Positions 27,684 through 35,967 of a stretch of 64,000 nucleotides of DNA are shown here, in pieces. Numbering within the stretch: the stretch's first letter is position 1; every line of letters begins with the position of its first letter. The notes under the pieces are model-generated. The model saw only the letters and a list, made by a program, of their open reading frames with translations. It did no database searches and was not told the DNA's origin. The translations under genes and the position numbers were made by a program. This DNA comes from Nanobdellota archaeon (lineage in GTDB: Archaea > Nanobdellota > Nanobdellia > Woesearchaeales > JBHPFW01): assembly GCA_042571645.1 (NCBI GenBank), contig JBHPFW010000004.1, positions 20,430 through 84,429 of the forward strand. The letters are read 5' to 3'.

Positions 27684-29219
27684 TTATATTGTTTTTGTGT
27701 CTTTCTGAGGTTTTAATTCATTATAGACCTCTTTAGCAAATATCACAAAAGAGCTGAAATAGAACACTATTGTTATGACAAGAACAAAAAACATGTATGC
27801 ACCAGACCAGATCTGATAGCTTTGAAGAAGTCTTACTGTTCCAGATATTAAGTGAGTTGAGTAGCTGTAGAAAAACAGTCCAATATAAAGTCCAAAAACA
27901 CTAAAACTTATTATTGCCATAAAATAGTTTTCAAGCTCTCCGAGGAATTTTGCTGCTAAATATGAAATAACCAGAACAGCAAGACAGATTATTATTGCAG
28001 TGTGCAAGTAAGTAGTATCAATTGGCATTGTTTGTATGTCAACACCTCTTAAGTTTTGTGATGTAATTGTTGTTAACTTATAGATTGGAGTTAAAGAAAA
28101 TGCTGCAACTGCAGTAAAAAATACACTGTCTATATAGCTGGGAATGTCTATTTTCTCATCCTTTCTTATTTTATACCAGAAATAACCTGGCAGGAGCATT
28201 ATAAACAGAATTCCGACGAGATTCAGCAAGTAAAGAGCAACAACTATTATCTTATCTAGCATTCCAGATATTTCAGATAACTGTTCTCCAAGTAAACTAA
28301 ATATTGGTTCATGTAATTTTTCAGGCAGCTGTTCTATATATAAACTTTCAATGTTTAGTGTAGTTGGAATAATGAAATTTCCAACATCTGTGACTATGTG
28401 CAGAACCAGCAATCCAGACAAAGCAATCATTAATCCTTTTTTTGAGTGGAAAAGCTCGACGAATTTTTCATATGCTTCTTCTGTGGAAGAGCTCATTCTA
28501 TAAAGAAGAGTATCTGCATGGAATTTTTTGCCTTGTTTAACAATAACAAAAAGATATGCCAGAATAATTAGCACCAGAATTGTGGAATCAATTGATATGG
28601 CCAGCCATTCTATTGCTAAGCTTACTACAATAACTGCAAAAGCATTAAGAACAAAGAATATGATAAAGAATCTCCATAACCTTGTTAAAATATTTGTTTC
28701 TGGTTCTCCGGTTTCTCCAAGAGCAGATAAAAGAGAAGGTGATTTTATATCAATATTTCTTAGAAGATAATATATTGATACAGCAAATAAAATAAAAATC
28801 CCAATCATTATTGCATAGTTTTCAATTAAAACTACATTGTCAAGTATGCTCTTATAGAAACACTGCAGCGAAGAAGTGCATTTTTCTATAATTCCTTTCT
28901 CAAGTATCAGTTCATAATCAAAACCACCAGTGTGTTTTATTGCTACATATACAAACCCTATGAGTTTGTTTATTGATAGAAGCAGAAAAGAAATGACAAT
29001 AAATGAATCAGTTATTCTATTATCTTCACCAAAAAATATTCTTGTCAATCTTACTTTATAGAGAAGATATGTGAAAGCAGTAATAGATAGAGCTTTTTGC
29101 AGAAAATTAAGCCATGGTGTGAGCATTCCTAGGAATTCAGCAATTCCCCAGATAATAACAGCAAACAAGAGAACTTCTTCAATGCCAAAACCTATTTTTT
29201 TTATAAGGCTATTGTCCAT
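27684..29219 (-). CDS. polytopic membrane protein, function unknown
   Basis: 511 aa with more than 10 hydrophobic segments. I recognised no motif. Confidence 0.6.
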   Translation of the reverse strand: MDNSLIKKIGFGIEEVLLFAVIIWGIAEFLGMLTPWLNFLQKALSITAFTYLLYKVRLTRIFFGEDNRITDSFIVISFLLLSINKLIGFVYVAIKHTGGFDYELILEKGIIEKCTSSLQCFYKSILDNVVLIENYAIMIGIFILFAVSIYYLLRNIDIKSPSLLSALGETGEPETNILTRLWRFFIIFFVLNAFAVIVVSLAIEWLAISIDSTILVLIILAYLFVIVKQGKKFHADTLLYRMSSSTEEAYEKFVELFHSKKGLMIALSGLLVLHIVTDVGNFIIPTTLNIESLYIEQLPEKLHEPIFSLLGEQLSEISGMLDKIIVVALYLLNLVGILFIMLLPGYFWYKIRKDEKIDIPSYIDSVFFTAVAAFSLTPIYKLTTITSQNLRGVDIQTMPIDTTYLHTAIIICLAVLVISYLAAKFLGELENYFMAIISFSVFGLYIGLFFYSYSTHLISGTVRLLQSYQIWSGAYMFFVLVITIVFYFSSFVIFAKEVYNELKPQKDTKTI

Positions 29220-29266
29220 TTATCATCAGGCCATTGAATTTGACTTTTATTATAATTTACTTTTGA

Positions 29267-29476
29267 TTATTTTAGAATTATGATTGCTAAAATAAAACCT
29301 AAGATTAAGCCCATTAATAATCCGTGAATTAGTTCTTTTAGGCCATATTCTATTTCTTCAAGTCTTTCAAGCTCTCTTGCTATTCTTTCTTCTTGTGCAA
29401 GTTCGCTTTTCTTGAATTCTTTGATGTTCATTATTACACCTGTTATTTTATTATAGTTTTTTTCCTGGTGTGACAT
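29267..29476 (-). CDS. small tail-anchored coiled-coil protein (hypothetical)
   Basis: The C-terminal TM is LLMGLILGFILAIIIL. A likely internal start gives MNIKEFKK.... Confidence 0.4.
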   Translation of the reverse strand: MSHQEKNYNKITGVIMNIKEFKKSELAQEERIARELERLEEIEYGLKELIHGLLMGLILGFILAIIILK

Positions 29477-29690
29477 ATTTTAGTTCAATTTTGCCTAAAG
29501 CCCATAAAACAGAGCCAACACCAAAAAACAAGGGAAATATTACAAAGCCTCCTCCTCTTAATATCTGATTGAGTTCTCCATAGAAATTAGCCATGTAAAA
29601 AGTAATGTAAATGCCAGCTCCAAAACAAGTGCCAGCTAAAAATAGCATAATCAATCCAATAATCTCATGTTTTCTTAGATTTGATACCAT
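29451..29690 (-). CDS. small two-TM membrane protein (hypothetical)
   Basis: Two hydrophobic helices. Overlaps the downstream ORF, which suggests an operon. Confidence 0.45.
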   Translation of the reverse strand: MVSNLRKHEIIGLIMLFLAGTCFGAGIYITFYMANFYGELNQILRGGGFVIFPLFFGVGSVLWALGKIELKYVTPGKKL

Positions 29691-29906
29691 TAGGTTGCAT
29701 TTATAAGCTTGATTATTTAAATTTTGTTGAGTATGGCTTTGTAGAGAACTTTTAATTGGTTAATTGATCTATTGATCTAGAAAAAGGGAATGATGCTTAG
29801 AATATTCAGGAATTGACTTATTATTGACTGTGAGCATCAGTAAACTATTTAAATGGTCCATTTTACTGCAAAATATATAAATATTGAGTAAGAAAGGTTA
29901 AATAAC

Positions 29907-30620
29907 ATGGCTAAAAAGGTAACAAAGAAGACTACAGTCTCTAATTGGAAAAGAAAGCGTTGGTATAAGCTTATAGCTCCAAAGATCTTTAATGAGTCTT
30001 TTTTAGGTGAAACACCGGCTTTAGAAGCTTCTAGTTTGCTGGGTAGGACTGTAAAGGTTAATTTAATGAATCTGACTGGCGATATGAAAAAGCAGAATAT
30101 AAGTGTCACATTTAAGATTATAAGATTAGCTGCTGATAAAGCCCAAACAGAGCTCAAAAAATATGAAATGGGCTCTAGCAACCTGAAAAGGATTGTTAGA
30201 AGAGGCAAAGATAGGATAGATCAGTCTGTGATCTGTCAAACAAAGGATGGCAGAAGTGTAAGAATAAAGCCTTTGCTTCTCACAAGATCAAACACAACAG
30301 GTTTAAGATTAAGATCATTGCGTAAAGAGGTTTTAGCTATTATTGATGATGTTGTTAACACTATAACACTTGATGAATTAGCTCAGGATATTGTATCAAA
30401 TAAATTCCAGAAACATCTGAAGCAGATTTTGAGTAAAGTATATCCTTTGAGAATCTGTGATATCAGGATGTTAGTTGTATTAGATGAAGCTTCTCCTTCT
30501 GAGAAAAAAGAAGTAGTTGAAGGAGAAAAGTCTGAAGAACAAAAACCATTAGAAGTTAAAGAAGCTCCTGCAAAAGTTGAACCTCAAGCTGAAGCTCCTA
30601 AAGCTGCTGAAGCAAAATAA
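29907..30620 (+). CDS. rps3ae: 30S ribosomal protein S3Ae (eS1) with a K/E/A/P-rich C-terminal tail
   Basis: MAKKVTKKTTVSNWKRKRWYKLIAPKIFNE... is the typical S3Ae N-terminus. Confidence 0.9.
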   Translation: MAKKVTKKTTVSNWKRKRWYKLIAPKIFNESFLGETPALEASSLLGRTVKVNLMNLTGDMKKQNISVTFKIIRLAADKAQTELKKYEMGSSNLKRIVRRGKDRIDQSVICQTKDGRSVRIKPLLLTRSNTTGLRLRSLRKEVLAIIDDVVNTITLDELAQDIVSNKFQKHLKQILSKVYPLRICDIRMLVVLDEASPSEKKEVVEGEKSEEQKPLEVKEAPAKVEPQAEAPKAAEAK

Positions 30621-30726
30621 ATTCTGTAATATACTATTACCCACAATAGCTATTTCTAAATATGTTATCCTGTTGGTAAATACTTTTAAACGGATTGAAA
30701 ACTTCTGAATAAAAGACACTAATAAA

Positions 30727-30960
30727 ATGACATCAGATTATAATTTAAAAAAAGGCATGGAACAATATTGTCGTAATCAAAATTCAGGCGATCTTATTAG
30801 AGGATATCCTGACTTAGATGCAACAAGATGTGGTTCTTGTAATATAGCTCCTTATTGCACTCCTAAATACAATATAGTTACTGATCGTTTTCAACCAGCA
30901 CCAAAAGATATTCAAGCAGTTGATGCTGTAGATAGAATTTTGAGTCAGAGATTTTCTTAA
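30727..30960 (+). CDS. hypothetical small protein
   Basis: 77 aa ORF containing CGSCNIAPYC. No family recognised. Confidence 0.4.
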   Translation: MTSDYNLKKGMEQYCRNQNSGDLIRGYPDLDATRCGSCNIAPYCTPKYNIVTDRFQPAPKDIQAVDAVDRILSQRFS

Positions 30961-31007
30961 TATTAATATCAAAACCTTTTTATAACTCCTAATTATCCTT
31001 GTTTTCT

Positions 31008-31634
31008 ATGAAAAAGATATCTCAAGGTGCAGAAGCTACAATCCATTCAGATAAGAAAAAAGTAGTAAAGCACAGGACAAAGAAAACTTATCGTCATCCG
31101 GATATAGATGATAAACTAAGAAAATCCAGGACTAGGCGCGAAGCCAAAGTAATTGAGAAACTTTCTTCACTAAATTTTCCCGGTCCTAAGTTGCATGATG
31201 TTTGTGATGTTGAAATGAAAATTACAATGGATCATATTCACGGAGATAAATTAAGAGATTCTTTAGGTAAAGTAGAAAAAGAAAAAAAGATTTTTAGAAA
31301 GTTATCTAAAGAAATTGGCAAACTAGTTGCAAAATTGCATGACAATGACATTGTTCATGGTGATTTAACAACATCAAATATGATTTTGCATGAAGATCCC
31401 AAAAAAGGAATTTATTTTATTGATTTTGGCTTGAGCTTTTTCTCTTCAAGAGATGAAGACAAAGCAGTAGATTTACATTTACTAAAGCAAGCATTAGAAT
31501 CAAAACATCATAACATATTTGAAGAAGCATTTGATCATGTTCTAAAAGGCTATGGTGATTACAAGTTCTCTGGTAAAATAATTGATAGATTGAAGAAAGT
31601 AGAAGCCAGAGGCAGGAATAAAGGTAAGCATTAA
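31008..31634 (+). CDS. bud32: KEOPS-complex kinase Bud32
   Basis: Motifs ISQGAEA, HGDLTTSNMIL and IDFGLS. ATG 31008 lies ~24 nt downstream of the TATA box (TTTTTATAA, about 30977-30985), so I prefer it to TTG 30999. Confidence 0.85.
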   Translation: MKKISQGAEATIHSDKKKVVKHRTKKTYRHPDIDDKLRKSRTRREAKVIEKLSSLNFPGPKLHDVCDVEMKITMDHIHGDKLRDSLGKVEKEKKIFRKLSKEIGKLVAKLHDNDIVHGDLTTSNMILHEDPKKGIYFIDFGLSFFSSRDEDKAVDLHLLKQALESKHHNIFEEAFDHVLKGYGDYKFSGKIIDRLKKVEARGRNKGKH

Positions 31635-31672
31635 CCAAAATAAATTTAAATAGACGCGCTCTAAAGAACAAA

Positions 31673-32392
31673 ATGAGATCTGCTAACCCAGCTTTAAACA
31701 AAAACACCTTCGCGCACATATCACATCATCCACATGAAAGGATGACTCTAAACGGCACTGTCAATAAAACAATGATCCTGCTTATACTTCTTCTTTTCAC
31801 AGCATCTTTGACTTGGGGTTCTACTTTAGGAATTATGCTTATTTTTCCTGCAGCAATAATTGGTTTAATAGTAGCTATAATCACAGTATTTAAAAGAGAA
31901 TGGTCGCCAGTTACTGCACCAATCTATGCATTAGTTGAAGGTGCAATGCTTGGAGCATTATCTTCGTTTTTTGAGGCAATGTTTCCAGGAATAGTAATCC
32001 AAGCAGTACTCTTGACTTTTGGTATATTATTTAGTCTGTTATTTGCATACAAATCAAGATTAATCAAACCAACAGAAAATTTTAAGCTTGGAATTGTAGC
32101 AGCAACAGGAGGGATAGCATTAGTTTATATAATTAGTATGGTGCTTGGTTTTTTCGGTACACAAATACCTTTAATTCATGGTAGCGGCTGGGTTGGAATA
32201 GGCTTTAGTGTTTTTGTTGTAATCATTGCTTCACTGAATTTAGTTCTTGACTTTGATTTCATTGAAGACGGAGCAGAAAAAGGTGCACCAAAATACATGG
32301 AATGGTATGCTTCATTTGGTTTAATGGTAACATTAATATGGTTGTATATAGAAATTCTACATTTATTGTCTAAGTTAAGAAGTAGGAATTGA
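31673..32392 (+). CDS. Bax-inhibitor-1/YccA-like membrane protein
   Basis: MRSANPALNKNTF N-terminus followed by 6-7 TM helices, typical of this family. Confidence 0.7.
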   Translation: MRSANPALNKNTFAHISHHPHERMTLNGTVNKTMILLILLLFTASLTWGSTLGIMLIFPAAIIGLIVAIITVFKREWSPVTAPIYALVEGAMLGALSSFFEAMFPGIVIQAVLLTFGILFSLLFAYKSRLIKPTENFKLGIVAATGGIALVYIISMVLGFFGTQIPLIHGSGWVGIGFSVFVVIIASLNLVLDFDFIEDGAEKGAPKYMEWYASFGLMVTLIWLYIEILHLLSKLRSRN

Positions 32393-32488
32393 TTAATTAA
32401 TTCAAGACAGAAAATTTATTGTGCCTAACAAAGTTAGGTTTCCCGAACCTGTGAGGGTCGAGGATTTTTGCGAAGCAAAAACCGGAGA

Positions 32489-32522
32489 AATCAGATTTTC
32501 ACCTAAACTGGAGGCCGGCAAA
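32489..32522. repeat. left arm of a composite inverted repeat bracketing the 32538..33867 cassette
   Basis: AATCAGATTTTCACC (32489-32503) and GGAGGCCGGCAAA (32510-32522) are exact reverse complements of 34012-34026 and 33955-33967 respectively. Confidence 0.75.
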
Positions 32523-32537
32523 AACAAAAGTGATAGT

Positions 32538-33164
32538 TTATTCAGTCAAGATAAACTTTAATTCATTCTCAGCATCGGTTTGACCTTTAGCTGTCAAAAC
32601 TATCTCCTTAGATTTTTTATATCTACCCACATCAATCTGACTTGTCTTGACAAGATCATTTACAATCTGAGACACACTTCTTCCTTTGATTTTACTCAAA
32701 GAATAAGATTCTTTTAATTCTTCTAAGCTTATGCTAGTCTTTGATAAACCAATTTCAAATAAATATATCAAGCATCTTGTTGCTGTATTAGAACTTTTAA
32801 ACTTTGTAGAATCAAATAGTTGTGGTTTATCATCCTTGAAACCAAAAACGCTAGACCCTATTAATTTCTCTGCAGATATCCCTAATTTTCTAGAAATGTT
32901 TGTAACAGGTTCGCTCATATGCTCATAAGGGTGTTGAGGCTTACTCTGAGTTGAACTTGGTTCTGATACATCTGCTTTCTTTGCTACCTTGCCAAAAATC
33001 TTTTCAATTTTATTTCTTGATTTTTCTATTGCGTCTAAGAGTTCTATCATTTTATCTTCAATAGCACCTTTCTCAGCAAAGGTTTCCAACTCTGCTGTGA
33101 AAGCAGGCAACTCCACTTTCATACATATTTTTGTTTTTTCTTTTTCCATAATATCATCCTCCAT
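32538..33164 (-). CDS. hypothetical protein with N-terminal coiled coil, S/P/Q linker and C-terminal wHTH-like domain
   Basis: 208 aa. The start overlaps the stop of the upstream gene by 11 nt. The C-terminus ...SVSQIVNDLVKTSQIDVGRYKKSKEIVLTAKGQ looks like a winged helix. Confidence 0.6.
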   Translation of the reverse strand: MEDDIMEKEKTKICMKVELPAFTAELETFAEKGAIEDKMIELLDAIEKSRNKIEKIFGKVAKKADVSEPSSTQSKPQHPYEHMSEPVTNISRKLGISAEKLIGSSVFGFKDDKPQLFDSTKFKSSNTATRCLIYLFEIGLSKTSISLEELKESYSLSKIKGRSVSQIVNDLVKTSQIDVGRYKKSKEIVLTAKGQTDAENELKFILTE

Positions 33165-33867
33165 ATATATTTAATAGTTCATAAAATATATCTTGACCTT
33201 CATCTGTAAGGGTCCAATATCTCTTAGTTTCATCAAAATAGAATAAGTGAGAGTAAGTCCTCATGTAAGTTGTAACTTTTGAGGCTGTAAAATCTTTCTT
33301 AGATCCCATCTTCTTAATACAATTTACAATTTCTCTAGAATCTTTACATTGTGAAGTTGCTATTGCAGTAATTATAACATCTTTAAGGCTATTTAGCTGA
33401 TTAATTTTAATCCTCCTTTTTTCTTCCGTTTTCATAAGACTTTTAGGCTCTTTTATCATTTCTTGACAACTAATAGAGAATAAAGTATCAAAAATATGTA
33501 TAAGTAAATTAAAAAAGTCTAGGATCCCTTTATTAGTAATAGTCTTTCCGGAATCTTCATGATAAAGACCACAACGAATTACGTAAAAATAATCTATGCT
33601 TTCCCAAATTGACTTAGGAAAATTGGTTTTTTTCTTAACAATTTTGTGTAAAGCTTCCCTATTTCTTAAGGCATTCGGATCAATTTTTTTTATACCTTCT
33701 ATATAGGTAAGGTAATCTTTAAAACCGATTTCTAAGCCACTATCCAACAGTATAAGGGCTAGACGGTTTCTTCCCTCTATAGATGAATTTAATATAAGTT
33801 TAGCTCCCGTAAGAGTATCTATAATGCCATGAATCCAAGGCGTTTTGCTAATTTCGTTCTCATCCAT
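33154..33867 (-). CDS. HEPN-like (Rx4H) protein with C-terminal wHTH-like domain
   Basis: The all-alpha N-terminal ~130 aa contain RCGLYH (codons at 33559-33576), which fits the HEPN Rx4-6H motif. The C-terminus ...FYFDETKRYWTLTDEGQDIFYELL is winged-helix-like. Its own TATA box (TTTATAAA, minus strand) lies at about 33916-33923. Confidence applies to the CDS call, and the HEPN assignment is weaker (~0.4). Confidence 0.6.
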   Translation of the reverse strand: MDENEISKTPWIHGIIDTLTGAKLILNSSIEGRNRLALILLDSGLEIGFKDYLTYIEGIKKIDPNALRNREALHKIVKKKTNFPKSIWESIDYFYVIRCGLYHEDSGKTITNKGILDFFNLLIHIFDTLFSISCQEMIKEPKSLMKTEEKRRIKINQLNSLKDVIITAIATSQCKDSREIVNCIKKMGSKKDFTASKVTTYMRTYSHLFYFDETKRYWTLTDEGQDIFYELLNIYGG

Positions 33868-33954
33868 GAAATATCACATATTAATTTTCTTATTTTAGGG
33901 GGGAAAATAAAGCATTTATAAAATTTTCGGATATTTATACGAATAGTTAAACTA

Positions 33955-34026
33955 TTTGCCGGCCTCCAAAAGCATAATGCTTGCTTTTCAAGCAATATCC
34001 AATAAAATTCGGGTGAAAATCTGATT
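33955..34026. repeat. right arm of the composite inverted repeat (with a 44 nt insert carrying two small hairpins)
   Basis: TTTGCCGGCCTCC (33955-33967) and GGTGAAAATCTGATT (34012-34026). Between them lie the hairpins AAGCAT-A-ATGCTT and TTGCTT-TTC-AAGCAA. Confidence 0.75.
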
Positions 34027-34386
34027 GCACATAACGCCATATATACATTAAATTGAATATTTATGCTTTATAGGCGTTTGCTTTGTTGAATTCTTAATAT
34101 CATAAAGTAATTTTTAGTAACCCCTGCTAAGTTTGAAATCCAAACTCTTAAATACCTTTATAGCATCTTATTATTTGATACAAATGGCAAGAGTTGATTG
34201 TTTTCACTGTTAGCAAAGTCGATCTAGTCTTTATTAGCCAGAACTCTGCCCGTACTTCTTCAGGTTTTCATTGTCATTAGAGAATTCTCTGTCATTTACC
34301 TTAAAAACCATTAAATCATTTTTATTTTTAAATTAACACTAAATTCGGGCGTTTTAGTCTCTGAAAGTAGCGAAAAGGCTTACACA

Positions 34387-34420
34387 ATATTTAAAAAAAC
34401 AAAATACCCTCTGATGGAGG
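34387..34420 (+). promoter_or_regulatory. putative his-operon TATA box plus Shine-Dalgarno sequence
   Basis: ATATTTAAAA at 34387-34396 and GGAGG at 34416-34420, 7 nt before the hisI ATG. Confidence 0.4.
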
Positions 34421-34427
34421 TGGGGAA

Positions 34428-34808
34428 ATGGTTAAAATCAACTATGACAAGCTGAATGGCTTAATTCCAGCCGTTATACAGGATATAGACACAGATGAAG
34501 TGCTCATGCTTGGCTTTATGAATCAGGAAGCTTTAGATAAAACTCTAGAATCTGGAAAAACTTGGTTCTATAGCAGGTCTAAGCAGAGATTATGGCAGAA
34601 AGGAGAGCAGTCTGGCAATACACAGGAAGTTAAGGAAATTTTAGTAGATTGTGATGAAGACACAGTATTAGTCAAAGTCAAGCAAAAAGGTCCTGGATGC
34701 TGTCATGAAGGATATAAAAGTTGTTTCTTTAGAAAATTAGAAAATGGAGAATTAAAAACAATTGCTGAAAAAACTTACAAACCAGAAGAGGTGTATAAAA
34801 ATGATTAA
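34428..34808 (+). CDS. hisI: phosphoribosyl-AMP cyclohydrolase
   Basis: Motifs GLIPAVIQD, FYSRSKQRLWQKGEQSGN and CDEDTVL...GPGCCH. Confidence 0.9.
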   Translation: MVKINYDKLNGLIPAVIQDIDTDEVLMLGFMNQEALDKTLESGKTWFYSRSKQRLWQKGEQSGNTQEVKEILVDCDEDTVLVKVKQKGPGCCHEGYKSCFFRKLENGELKTIAEKTYKPEEVYKND

Positions 34809-35664
34809 ATTAGCAGTACCAAACAAAGGGAGATTATCAGATAAGACTGTTGCCATACTAAACAGGGCAGGTTTTAAATTCAATAACGTTACTAGAAGAT
34901 TATCTTCTAGAGTAAAAAATTATGACATGGAGATAATATTTGCCAGAGCTAGAGATATTCCTGAGTTTTTATCAAAAGGTACAGTTGATATGGGAATTAC
35001 AGGATTGGATGTTGTTTTTGAAAAGAAATCTGATGCAAGAAAGCTGCTTGATTTAGATTATGGCGGGTGCGAATTAGTTTTAGCTGCACCAAAAACAAAG
35101 AAGATAAAAACAATTGCAGAATTAAAAAAGATAAAAAATTCCAGAATAGCAACTTCTTTTCCGAATATAACCAAAACTTTTCTTGATTTGAATAAAGTAA
35201 AAGCAGAGATTATTGAGATGTCAGGAGCAGTAGAACTAGCCCCTAAGTTAGGTATAGCTGATGCAATTGTCGACTTAAGCAGTTCAGGGGAAACACTGAA
35301 GATAAATGATTTAGCTCCAGTCCAGACAATAATGGAGTCAACTGCTTGTTTATTTGCAAACAAAGATTCAATGAAAAAGAAAAAGGATGATGTTAACAGA
35401 GTAAAAACAGCATTGGACTCAGTGCTTTTTGCAGACGAAAAGAAATATTTGATGGCTAATATACCGAAAAAATCAATGGGCAAAGTAAAAACAATCATTC
35501 CAGGCTTAAGCAGCCCAACAATAATGCCATTAATGGGGACAGATGATCTTTTTGCAGTCCAAGCAGTGGTGGATGAAAAAGACACAGCAAATATTGTTGA
35601 GAAACTTAAGAAATTGGGAGCAACAGGAATATTGATTCTTAATATAGAACAATTGACCCCATGA
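34801..35664 (+). CDS. hisG: ATP phosphoribosyltransferase, long form with C-terminal regulatory domain
   Basis: MIKLAVPNKGRLS N-terminus, plus a HisG_C-like C-terminus. ATG 34801 overlaps the hisI stop. The track start at 34762 is probably too far upstream. Confidence 0.9.
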   Translation: MIKLAVPNKGRLSDKTVAILNRAGFKFNNVTRRLSSRVKNYDMEIIFARARDIPEFLSKGTVDMGITGLDVVFEKKSDARKLLDLDYGGCELVLAAPKTKKIKTIAELKKIKNSRIATSFPNITKTFLDLNKVKAEIIEMSGAVELAPKLGIADAIVDLSSSGETLKINDLAPVQTIMESTACLFANKDSMKKKKDDVNRVKTALDSVLFADEKKYLMANIPKKSMGKVKTIIPGLSSPTIMPLMGTDDLFAVQAVVDEKDTANIVEKLKKLGATGILILNIEQLTP

Positions 35665-35679
35665 CTTAATTGACAGTTT

Positions 35680-35967
35680 ATGGTGAAAGAAATGGAAATA
35701 CTAACCGAATTAGAAAAAGTCATTGAAGACAGAAAACAAAATCCAAAAGAAGGATCATACACAAACAAATTACTTGAAGATAAGAGTTTGTCTGAAAGAA
35801 AAGTTAGTGAGGAAAGTTTTGAAGTGATAGAAGCATCAAAAGACAATGACAAGAAACAAGTAATTTACGAGGCGGGAGATTTATTGTATCATTTATTGGT
35901 TTTGTTGAATAATAATGGAGTTAAATTAGAAGAAGTTGAGGAAGAACTGAAGAATAGAAGGAAATGA
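35680..35967 (+). CDS. hisE: phosphoribosyl-ATP pyrophosphatase
   Basis: Motifs GSYTNKLL, EESFEVIEA and EAGDLLYHLLVLL. Confidence 0.85.
   Translation: MVKEMEILTELEKVIEDRKQNPKEGSYTNKLLEDKSLSERKVSEESFEVIEASKDNDKKQVIYEAGDLLYHLLVLLNNNGVKLEEVEEELKNRRK

Noticed and set aside
29789-29840. Possible C/D-box sRNA upstream of S3Ae (AATGATGC ... 7 bp inverted repeat TGATGCT/AGCATCA)
   Set aside because: There are no proper D or D' (CUGA) boxes at the required ~12 nt spacing on either strand. Only a short stem remains.
32489-34026. Inverted repeats interpreted as origin-recognition boxes (oriC)
   Set aside because: There is no orc1/cdc6 gene nearby and no intervening AT-rich unwinding element, since the interval is filled by two genes. 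The repeat sequence only loosely resembles ORB dyads.
35058-35852. 264 aa minus-strand ORF antisense to hisG/hisE
   Set aside because: The S/F/L/I-rich low-complexity translation is typical of the antisense frame of AT-rich coding DNA. It fully overlaps two well-supported his genes and has no promoter or motif.
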